DNA of 63,564 bases, the filler included. It is 7 parts of 7 records of this genome, joined end to end, with 100 filler letters (N's around TTAATTAATTAA, not from the genome) between each part and the next. Parts side by side here need not be neighbours in the genome. Positions count along the whole stretch, not along the records: positions 36,919 to 41,036 come from SRR7504441_390; positions 41,137 to 52,661 come from SRR7504441_393; 5 more parts are not named here. The stretch is one strand, 5' to 3'. Position numbers and translations under genes: made by a program. Of the stretch, positions 37,148-46,513 are shown piece after piece. A model generated the notes under the pieces. It did no database searches and was not told where the DNA came from. It was given only the letters and a program-made list of their open reading frames with translations. How positions within the stretch are numbered: position 1 is the first letter of the stretch; every line of letters starts with the position of its first letter.

Positions 37148-38470
37148 CTATCTCGCGGTGTACCTTGATGAGCTGCTATTCGTTGCTACCACAGCAAGCT
37201 CATTGTTAATCGCCATGAGCTTCTGCTCCAATCGGATAGCAAGCATCTCCTCGAGCATGGCCTGACCGGCCATCACCATCACAAATGAAACATGACCATG
37301 CAGTATAGGTGAGCACACCTTGGCTGATTGCAAGTCGGGCTGGTCCGAGGTTGCTGGAAGCTCCTGCAGCTGTCAGTCAGCCGGGTCGGTTGGGTCCTAG
37401 GGCCAGGCTCGGGCACCGTGAGGGACGGATCGCTCAGCCTTTCACTGTTCCAGCTGCGCCGCATGGCCAGCCATGCCTGGGCCGGCTCAGCCGTGCGACC
37501 GGGCAGCAAGCCTGCTGGTCTGGCTCGACTGGCGACTTTGGTCCGCGCGCCACTAGTTCGCCTGCCGACAGAGTGATCCAGGATGCCGCCGATGCTCACG
37601 GTGCCGCCGGGCAACTTTCGGGTTAGGGTTAGGTTAGGGTTAGGCTCACGCTGCCGCCGGGCAACTTTGTCCTGCTCTGCAACACATTCGAGTGCGGCTG
37701 CCATCAGCTCGGCACTCTGCCCAGCCCGGCTGCCCCGGCTCAACTCGGCTCACGCGGTGCGGGCACCGCTGGTTGGGTTCGGTCGGCTCGCTAACGCGCT
37801 GGTTTGCTGCCTCGTACCTGCTCTTGGGTCAGTCGGCTCAGATGGCTGGCGTACGCAAGCAGCTGCCTCTCCATCTGGGCTACAGACCCGCTTGCCTGCT
37901 GCAGCTGCGCCCGGCTGGTCCCTGGCGGCACCGGCCGGACCTCTCTCTCGAGCTGCTCGGCTTCGTGCTCGATCCGCTGCTTGAGTTGTTCCAGAGAGCT
38001 GCGCTCGGTCAGTCAGCCGGCCTGCCGCTGGCCACCGGGAAGCGGCCGACCCGGCCGCCCGCGCCTCTGCGAGCACCACCTGCCCGCCCGGCTAGCTGTG
38101 CCGCCTCCCCAGTACGGCGCCTCCGGCCGCCGGACCGGCTCGCCGTGCGGCAGCTGTCTGCTCCCGGCTCGGGCCAGGCTGGCCGACGGCGCGCACCCCT
38201 TTGGGGAGAGAGGGGAGGACTTGGCGGCCACAGCTTGCCGCAGCACCTCGAGGATCTCGATCTGGGCCGCCTGAGCCTACCCTAACCCTAACCCTAGGAT
38301 CCGGGCCGCCTGCTCGGCCAGCGCCGCCTGTCCGAGCGAGCTGGCGTGCTCCAGCCGCTGCCCGCCCGCTCAGCCGTCGGCCCGGGCACCCAGCGCACAG
38401 CCTCGAGCTCGGCGACTTCGCCCGCCAGTGCGCGAGCCTCCTGGGAGAACTGGCGCTCCGCCGCGCTCAT
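37148..38470 (-). CDS. Intron-rich hypothetical coiled-coil protein (hosts the telomeric-repeat introns)
   Basis: Spliced model MSAAERQFSQEARALAGEVAELEA|RLEHASSLGQAALAEQ|AAQIEILEVLRQ ... DKVARRQ|RELVARG..|AWLAMRR..|LQELP..|AMLEEMLAIRLEQKL; middle exons less certain. Confidence 0.7.
37619..37643 (+). repeat. Interstitial telomeric repeat (TTAGGG)n flanked by 25-nt direct repeats
   Basis: cgggttagggttaggttagggttag lies between gctcacg(g/c)tgccgccgggcaacttt copies at 37594-37618 and 37644-37668. Confidence 0.92.
38274..38297 (-). repeat. Interstitial telomeric repeat (TTAGGG)n flanked by 15-nt direct repeats
   Basis: Plus-strand agcctaccctaaccctaaccctag lies between gatc(t/c)gggccgcctg copies at 38259-38273 and 38298-38312. 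Confidence 0.92.
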
Positions 38471-38538
38471 CGAGCCCGCATGACAGCCGGTGGCGCTCAG
38501 CGCGGGTGGTGCTTGACAGCTTCACACAGAACAAAAAG

Positions 38539-39327
38539 ATGCTGTCCGGGCACCACTCTGGGACTCCGGGGGGACTCGGGCTGTCGAGCATCACCCCGAG
38601 GACCAAGCAGTGCGGGCTGCAGGGGCCGGCCGATGAGCCCGGGCGGCAGGACTGCGGACGCGGACATCCAGGGCTGGGTCCGCCAGCTGGAGGCCGAGGC
38701 GGCCGAGCGGGTCTCCGAGCTCAGCCAGCCCCTACAGCGCGAGCTGGTCAGCCCGGCCGAGTGGGAGCACGCCAGCCAGTCGTACCGGCGGCTCGACCTG
38801 ACCGGCCGGGGCTCGGTCCCGGCCCAGAGGGTTGTCCAGGCGCTTGGGCGGCCTGTGGGTTCGGGGCCGGTGAGCGAGGCTGATTGGCACCGGTGGGTGC
38901 TCGAGCAGAAGCAGCGGCTGAGCGGTGGGCCGGGGCCGCTCGGTGGCCGAGACCGGACAGGCCCCCGGTTCGGCGAGCTGCTGCACCGGATTAGGGCGGC
39001 GGTGGACCAGTGGGCGGCCGACGGTGGGCCGGGCAGGGCCAACCGGCGCTGATAGACAGGCTTGCAGGCCAAGCGCGAGGCTATAGTGTGAGGACGGCCA
39101 GGGCTGTGGTGCTCAGGGCGGCCAAGGCGCTGCCGGGCCAGCTTGAATCCAATCCGCACTGCTCAGCCAGGCAAGCCGCGGCCGAGTGGACTGACGGACT
39201 CGTTAGGTTTGCGACCGACTTCCTTTGCCCGCGGCTGGCCCACATGATCGACAAGCTCCCCCGGGCGCACAATCTAGACCACCTCACTCCTGCACGCCGC
39301 CAAGTTAAAACCCGAAAGTGGTGGTAA
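38539..39327 (+). CDS. Hypothetical protein with a degenerate EF-hand; 3' end uncertain
   Basis: ATG follows an A-rich leader; a GT-AG intron joins to SYRRLDLTGRGSV..VSEADW (EF-hand-like). Confidence 0.45.
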
Positions 39328-39578
39328 TCCGGTTTTCATATTCACCGACCCTCCCATCGCGTTCTCATGACAGTACGCGTAAACGATCAGCACCTAACCA
39401 GCACCGGAATGCAGCCGATCGTTCGTCGATGCCATGTGTTGGCTCGGTCGGATCTACAACCCACGAGCTGCACCATCTACCGCCGTATCTGTTCACGCCC
39501 AGGCGACTGACACGGCAATCGCATCGCGCATGCTGACAATCTGTGCAGACGAGCACACAGACGCGGCGCTGAGAAATC

Positions 39579-41036
39579 ATGGCCAGTAGTGCTGTGCCGA
39601 AGGCAGCCCTAGCGAGGGGCATGTCCTCGCTGGTTGGCGTGAAGGGCCCAGGGGGTCGATCGTCGGTGAGCGGGATCCAGGCTGCGGTTTTTGGGGCCTC
39701 GGGCTTCCTGGGCAACTACGTGGTCAACGCTCTCGGTATGCCCGAGCCGACGGGGCGCACCGACCGCCGGGCGCAGGCCGCGGAGGATCGCAGGTGGTTT
39801 GCGCTCACCGGGGAGAGCCAGACGACGCGCGGCACCTCAAGGTGATCCGGGCCCCGCCGCTGGCTGAGCGGGCGGTGCTCAGGTGATGGGCGACCTCGGG
39901 CAGGTGCACATCCTGCCCTACCACCTCAAGGACGAGGCGTCGGTCCGCAGAGTCACCGAGGCGCCCGCCGACCTTCTGCCGCCGGCCGAGCTCTGGGGGT
40001 GGACAGGGCTGCAACGTAGTGATCAACCTGGTCGGGGCCCCGTGGGAGACTCGAAACTTCAGCTTCCAGGACGCGCATGTCGACGGCGCCGCCCTGATTG
40101 CCCAGTGACGCCCTTAGAGCCGCCCGCGACCGACCGATGCGGCGCAGGGCGGCGGCGGACGCCGGGGCGGATCGACTGATTCACGTGTCGCATCTGGCTC
40201 AGGCGCTGCCCTGGCGCGTGTCGCGTGTCAGTCTGACTGCGGCACCAGGGCTCAAACCCAGACTCTGGGTTTGCGACATCTAAAGCGGAGGGCGAGGCCA
40301 AGGTGAAGCAGATCTTCCCCGAGGCCACGATCCTCCGTCCAGCCACTTTGTTTGGCGAGGGCGATAGATTCTTCTCCAGGCACAGCTTGCGGCCGGCAGC
40401 TGCTGACTGGGCTTCAGTGCCGCGGCGCTGGGCAAGCTGCTGCCACTGTTTCCGCTGGTGGAGGGTGGCACCACCAAGCGATCCCCAGTCTGGGTGAACG
40501 ACGTGGCCTCGGTACGCCTCGTGCCGCTCTGTGCCTGAGCCTGGTATTCAGGCCGTCCTCAACTGCTTGCACGACCCGGACACAGCCGGCAACACATTCG
40601 AGCTGCAGGGCCCGCAGGCCTTCACCTTGGAACAGGTGCCGCCCGAGCGCCGGGCTGGCTCTGAGTGCTGCAGCTTTACACCCAGCTTTTCGATCAGATC
40701 AATGTCTCCACCACATTCGTGCACATGCCGCTACAGGCACTTGCACCTTGCCTGCGTCGGCTGAGCTGTGCGGCCCCAGATCGCCAAGCTGAACGCGACA
40801 GTCTTCGAGAACGCGCCCATCCTCGGCCGGTCGGCTGTGCTGGTCAAGGTTTGGTCCGGGCGCGGGCAAGCTGAGTTTGGGACAGGACGACGTGCTGCTG
40901 GCGGCTGTGGACGAACTAGGCTCGGACGGGGCGCTCGGGTTTTCTGAGCTCGGGATCGAGCCAGAGTCCCTAGACATTGTGCTCGGAAAGGTCTGCCTGC
41001 TGACCGCCGGGCGAGGATTGATGTGCTGCTGTGCAG
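39579..41036 (+). CDS. NDUFA9: NADH:ubiquinone oxidoreductase 39-kDa subunit (11 introns, 4 GC-AG; 3' end lost in gap)
   Basis: [97 protein letters not shown]. Confidence 0.95.
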
Positions 41037-41136
41037 NNNNNNNNNNNNNNNNNNNNNNNNNNNNNNNNNNNNNNNNNNNNTTAATTAATTAANNNNNNNN
41101 NNNNNNNNNNNNNNNNNNNNNNNNNNNNNNNNNNNN
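41037..41136. other. Artificial assembly spacer
   Basis: N44-TTAATTAATTAA-N44. Confidence 0.98.
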
Positions 41137-41843
41137 GAGCCCACCGGCTGAGTGCTTGCTTGCCCGCCCGGGAGCCGAGCCCTGCAGATCACGGAGCCTC
41201 CGAGCTGCTCAATCGCGCCCACGCAGTCCGTGGCCGACTCCACTTGGTGGAACTCGACCGTCGGCAGCCCGAGCGCCCGCAGGTGCTGCTTCTGGAGCAG
41301 CCGGTCTTGCAGCAGCCGATACTGGTGGGGCGGCGGCAGGAGCCGCCCTGTGAGCGAGGCAGCCTCCAGCGCGTGCCCCGGGACCCGATCGTCTTCAACA
41401 GTGACCACCGCCGAACTGGTGCCCGCGTTCACGTACGGGTGCAGCCGCTCGGCGTGCTGGAGCTCCCCCTGGACGAACCCGGCGCAGACGGCGGCCGCGG
41501 GGCATGTGGAGTCTGGGTCAAGGACAATCGACCGGATCCCTAGCCGGCGCCCGGCCGCACAGAGCAGCGACGAGGTGAAGCCGCCCCCGAGGAGCACCAG
41601 CTGGCGCTCGGCCGACAGGCTGGCCGGCGGGGTGGGTGGCTTGGCGGCCGGGAGCGGCGGCTTGGGCACCACCGTCCGCGGGGACTCTAGCTGCGAGCGG
41701 AGCGACGGCACGTCGGCCCGGCGGGGCAAGCTCGCCTCGCGGATCGGCCGCTCGGAGCGCGGCGGGAGGAGGTCAGCCTTGTTGTTGGCCTGCTGCCCGA
41801 CCGGCCTTGGCAGCTCACCCCTCGGAGTGGTCGGTGCAACCAT
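41137..41843 (-). CDS. PurK/Ade2-like ATP-grasp protein with a Pro-rich N-extension (truncated by gap)
   Basis: LLGGG..AGRRLGI..LDPDSTCPAAAV, VVTVE, QDRLLQKQHLRALGLPTVEF. Confidence 0.75.
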
Positions 41844-41937
41844 TTTGTGTTGAAAATGAAAAATGATAAAGTCGGTTGGGACTGTCAGTTAGGCTAGGCA
41901 CCGCGTCCGTCCAGCCGCCAAGTACACACGTCGCAAA

Positions 41938-42766
41938 ATGTCGATGGGTGCACCGCCTCCTGCCTCTCCTCCATCCGTGAGCCCCCGCCCGAGCGGCCCG
42001 GCCAGCGCGGGGCCAGCAAGCCGCCCCCTTAGGGAAAGAGAACCCGGGTGGAGGAGAGAACCCGCCCGCCTCCAAGGTCCCAGGGTCGTTCAAGTACTCG
42101 TGCCACGAGCGGCTCGAGTTCCTCAAGAAGGACGACATCCTCGCCCGGGCGCCCCATCCGCGTCGCTCGACCTGACCCGCTGACGCAGGCCGAGTTCGAG
42201 GACTTCGCCCCTTGCTGCTCGCTGTGCACATGCTGCGTAAGCGACGAGATGCGCGCGCGGACCTACATGGTGCTGTACGAGGACAGGTTCCAGTCGAACG
42301 TGACCTGCCCGGCCTGCTGCTGCTGCACCACCTGGTGCTGCGACAAGCCCGGATGCTACTTTGACAAAATTACCGTGATTCCGTTCGACAAGGCTCCCAT
42401 GTCCAGCTTGCCCTTCTTTCTGTGCTGCCGTCAGTGGACCCCCGATGCGATGGTCACCTGCTCCCTCTGCGGCCCGCCGGTCCAAGCCGCGCTCTGTGCG
42501 AGATTCAGTCTGGCGGTCAGGTCATCTGGTCCGGAAACGAGAAGTGCTGCTGCTGCATCGGCTGCGGCTGGCTCTATGGCCAGCAACTTTTCGCTAGCCC
42601 ATGCAACTGCTGTGGCATGTGGGGTGGCGCCTGCTGCCAGTGGGGCTTCGGCGCCCCGTGCTACACTTGCTGCTGCCCCGGGCACATTGGATTCCCGATG
42701 TGTGGCATCAAGAACATCGACACTTTCCTCGCAGCCTTCAAGTCTCATTATGAAGCATTCGCGTAA
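41938..42766 (+). CDS. Cysteine-rich protein of unknown function (3 introns)
   Basis: Spliced ORF with CC/CCCC clusters, RARTYMVLYEDRFQSN, ending FLAAFKSHYEAFA*. Confidence 0.7.
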
Positions 42767-43278
42767 GCCCGGCATCCCGTCTCGAACCGAGCCTGTTAAT
42801 GTTGCAGGGGCCGGCACGCCGAATGCCAGGAGACGAGCTCCTTGTTTGCCTTCGACAACGAGGTTCTTGCTTGAGCGCTAGCGTACTGTCTCGTAGCTAT
42901 ACTGAGTACCAGTAGAATGGTAGTAGGAGTGGACAATCGATATCTTAGTAGTGGACAATCTTAAAGTAAAATGGTAGTAGTAGCGATCAAATACACACAT
43001 ACTCCCCCGAGGTTCACTTGTCGTACAACCAAATACGTACGTACGTACCAGTAGGGACTACATGTACGTAGGGACCTAGGTAGAGCTCTTTAGAGATAGC
43101 TAGACGATGGGCTAATCGCAAATCCGGCAGCAGTGCAGCCTTGTCAATGTCACGGTCGTCACGGTCATAAGCCTTGTTATTATATAGTATTGCATATTGC
43201 TGGGAGAAGCCTTGGAAGCCTCCTCCGTTCACCCTCACAGCGGCCGCTGTCGGTTAAAACGTTGAGGAGATCTCGAGG

Positions 43279-44127
43279 ATGGGCGCTGACTGTCAGGGCC
43301 AGTCCATGATGCGCCAGGAGGAGGCGATGCGGATCGCGGGGATCGAGGCGATGCAGATCGACTTCGCGGCTGCCGGCAGCGAGCCGGCGATTGAACCGCA
43401 GCCCCGAGCCATCGGAGGCGGCGGGATCTCGCCGGCGCAAGCCGAGGTTGACCAACGAACAGCCGCGCAGCGCCCGGCTCGCCCGCCGCCTCTGATGGCT
43501 CAGAGCGCTGCCCCGGAGGCCGACCTGCCCGGGGAGCCGGCGGGACTGTTTGGGGTTCCGTTGGAGCTGGCAGCCGCCCGATCGGACCGGCACGGACTCG
43601 TTCCGTCGCCCATCCGCAAGGGCTGCGCTTACCTGATTGAGCAGCGGCTGCTGGGCACGGAGGGGCTCACCCGCAGGCCGGGCAGCAAGCGTGTCGTTAA
43701 GCAGTTGATCGAGGGGTTCAACCAGGACCCTGCAGGGTTTGACTTCCCACCGGGGACCGACGCCCTTGACGTTGCCTCCACGATGATCCAGTACATCCTC
43801 GCCCTAGTCCGACCCGAGGGCGGCACCGACTACCTATGGGGCACCGACGCGAAAGCCTACGCGCCCAAGGCGATAAGGGCTGGCAGCCGGGATCCGGCGG
43901 TCTGGACCGAGCGAATCAGCGCTCTGGTGCACGCGCTGCCGCCTGTGAAGCTTGCGACGCTCAAAACGCTGGTGCATTTCCAGCACGAGGCATCCAAGCC
44001 CGAGTGGGCGGCTACCAACAGGATGAGACCCGAACTCTTTGCGCGATGGAATTTCGCAATTTTATGGGCCCAGACGATTATGATCGAGCACTATGAGAAC
44101 ATATTTCACGACATCCGCACCGAGTAG
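43279..44127 (+). CDS. RhoGAP-domain protein, single exon
   Basis: LFGVPLE, VPSPIRKGCAYL, EGLTRRPGS (Arg finger), DVAS, LVHALPP..TLKTLVHF, NRM. Confidence 0.85.
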   Translation: MGADCQGQSMMRQEEAMRIAGIEAMQIDFAAAGSEPAIEPQPRAIGGGGISPAQAEVDQRTAAQRPARPPPLMAQSAAPEADLPGEPAGLFGVPLELAAARSDRHGLVPSPIRKGCAYLIEQRLLGTEGLTRRPGSKRVVKQLIEGFNQDPAGFDFPPGTDALDVASTMIQYILALVRPEGGTDYLWGTDAKAYAPKAIRAGSRDPAVWTERISALVHALPPVKLATLKTLVHFQHEASKPEWAATNRMRPELFARWNFAILWAQTIMIEHYENIFHDIRTE

Positions 44128-44703
44128 CTGCCGCGCGCCTAGCCCCGTTCGCAAACGATACGCAGCTTGGTTTTGGCGAGTGCGCTACGTGCGGGTGCTG
44201 AGCGCATAAATACATCTTAAATACATGTCGCTGCCTCCGCTCAACCTAGCTCCGCAGATAAAGTTCTCCGCCGACTGCGACTCATGCCATGACTATACAA
44301 TGACCCATGCCGCGGCCGCGACCTTCAATGAATTGCGTCGCGTTGTCCCGTAGCATGCCCAATGCGGATCGAGTTCGTGCGAGAGTAGTACTATAGTGCG
44401 AGAGCATCCTGAGAGCATCATCATCACACCCATCACACCCGACCAGTTGCAGGTGCGTTGTGTGCCCGGGGTAGCCATCTGGAAGAGTTCACACTAGCTG
44501 TACATCTAGTTTTCTGTAGATCTGCATGTACTTGCTCTGCTTTATATCATCCCAGCGATCCCAGCCTAATCATGAAAGTCCGTGCCGTCTACGGTTGTCA
44601 GGTCCTAAAAAAAGTCGTTAGACGTTGACCCCGCGTCTCTCGAGGACCTGGACGGTCTCGCCAAGGGGCGGTGTACTAACCTCGTCCAAGAGGCGCCCCC
44701 GCA

Positions 44704-44981
44704 TGCTCCAGATGCCCCACCAAATGACCCCGTCGGAGGAGCTGGCCCGCGTGACCGAGGCGATCGGCCGCCAGTCGGAGATCAGGTCGGAGCTCGAGGC
44801 CGAAATCGCCGAGATCGAGTGGGAAGGTTACCGCTGGGGCGACCACTCGCCCGGCTCCACCAGCCGGCCGTGGTTCGGCGGCCGGGAGCGGGCGGCTCGG
44901 TCGGAGCTGAGCGCCTGCCGCTCGGAGATCGACCGGCTAGACTCGGCCCGCAGCCGGCTGATGGAGGTGAGCCGGCTATAG
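44704..44981 (+). CDS. Small hypothetical coiled-coil protein
   Basis: GC-rich island in AT-rich intergenic DNA; strongly GC3-biased ORF with two predicted helices. Confidence 0.4.
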
Positions 44982-45304
44982 AGAGAGAGGGCGTCCGCTG
45001 GGGCGCATTGTACAATAGCAACCATAGTGCCAAGCCGCAGCTAGCGAGTTAGAGCACCGCTGCATAGACGTTCCAGGCTGCGGATGCGCGATAGAAGTAC
45101 GATAGAGACGTGATACACGTACGAGTAGATGCGCGATAGATGCGCGATAGATGCGCGAAATAGGAATACGTACCAATATAGTACTTGTATAAAGAGTACG
45201 CAACACGTGTTCACTTGAGCCGGTGGGCTAGGAGTTGTACCATATGATCGGAGCCAGCTCTACACGTTATTAACACGTGTACGTTATACGAGTACGTAGG
45301 GACC

Positions 45305-46402
45305 CTAGGCAGCTCTAGCTAAGTACTCGTACTGTAGACGATGGGCCCATTTAGCTGGATCCCATGCAGCCTTGAGTTCGCTTGGTTTCGAATCGTCCAT
45401 GCGTGCCTCATACGCCAAAGCCACGTGAGAAGCACAAACGCTTGTGCCGTCCCGAGTGAACTCAAATACACCAATCGCGTATCTAGCCCGTGGCCAATTG
45501 CCTAGATCGCCGCCAGTCTTCAAATTTCCGGGCGCAGCGGTTAGTTGAGGGGAGTCTGGATTGTTGTACTCCGGCCAGATCAGCCAAACATGACCGGCGT
45601 ATGTGTGTTCGCATTCGGCCCATTGCTCTCCTGGCAGAATGGTGTGGCCATACTGTATACAATCCCCATCCGAGTCGATCCAGAAAACCAGAAATGGTTC
45701 CTCGGTGTCGTTCAGAATGCACACATCACGCACTTTCGTCCATTCACCACTCTTGGACGAATCGGCGTCGGGACCGCAGCTTAGCCATCCATCCTGCACT
45801 GGCAGCGCGAGCTCTAGCAGCGTGTCCCCGGTCTGCAGCCCGTTCTCCCGCACTGTTGCCCCCAGCTTGACCCGGCGGGGCCCGACCTGCCACAACCCGG
45901 TTGCCCGGAGGTCCAGAGTGCGCAGCAGGCAGTCAGCCACGCGCTCCTGCGGCCAAACGTCCACCCAGATCAAACGGTCGCCAGGCTTCGCCGGGCTGGG
46001 CACGGCATCCGGCACCGGCCGGTCCTGAGATAGGGAGGCGTGGACCTGGATGGCGGCGTCCGGATCCCATCTGGCCTCGATTGTGGCCCCATCCATCACG
46101 CCGTGCTGGCTCAAGCTGTGCTCGTTGGGCAGCTCCACCCCGGAGAAGCTCAGCGAGAGCGCACAAGGGGGTGGCACCAACCCCCAGTCGGCCGGCGGGG
46201 ACTCGTACAGCCTGACCTTTAGCTGGGCCACCGGCTCGGACGGCCACGCCTGACGCTCGGCCCGCTGGTTGCCGGGCGAGAGCAGCAGCACTGGGATGCT
46301 GGGCTCACCGTCGGGTGGCACCGCCTTAGCGGCAGGGCTCAGCCCGTATGGGTTGTCCGGGGGCAGCGGCTCGGCCATCGATTTGGTCGGGCCACACCCC
46401 AT
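45305..46402 (-). CDS. Acylated protein with ubiquitin-like domain(s) and a VHL beta-domain
   Basis: MGCG start; VAQLKVRL..LSFSGVELPNEHSLSQHGVMDGATI (Ubl); a second weaker Ubl; NDTEEPFLVFWIDSDG..YGHTILPG..HTYAGHVWL (VHL-beta). Confidence 0.8.
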   Translation of the reverse strand: MGCGPTKSMAEPLPPDNPYGLSPAAKAVPPDGEPSIPVLLLSPGNQRAERQAWPSEPVAQLKVRLYESPPADWGLVPPPCALSLSFSGVELPNEHSLSQHGVMDGATIEARWDPDAAIQVHASLSQDRPVPDAVPSPAKPGDRLIWVDVWPQERVADCLLRTLDLRATGLWQVGPRRVKLGATVRENGLQTGDTLLELALPVQDGWLSCGPDADSSKSGEWTKVRDVCILNDTEEPFLVFWIDSDGDCIQYGHTILPGEQWAECEHTYAGHVWLIWPEYNNPDSPQLTAAPGNLKTGGDLGNWPRARYAIGVFEFTRDGTSVCASHVALAYEARMDDSKPSELKAAWDPAKWAHRLQYEYLARAA

Positions 46403-46513
46403 TTAGCTGACGTCTTATACCCTGGGCGCCCCTGGGCGTCCGGCCACCAGTGTAGGAACCACGGGGCTGCGGTGCCAGCTTTGAGGATTCGGTTGAGTAT
46501 TTTCTGGCAAGCG

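Noticed and set aside
37619-38297. True chromosome end or telomere fusion
   Set aside because: The arrays are only about four units long, internal to a gene, and flanked by duplicated unique sequence.
35808-41036. Introner transposon family as the source of the small introns
   Set aside because: By eye the introns share no common sequence or terminal inverted repeats; a genome-wide all-versus-all comparison would be needed to exclude it fully.
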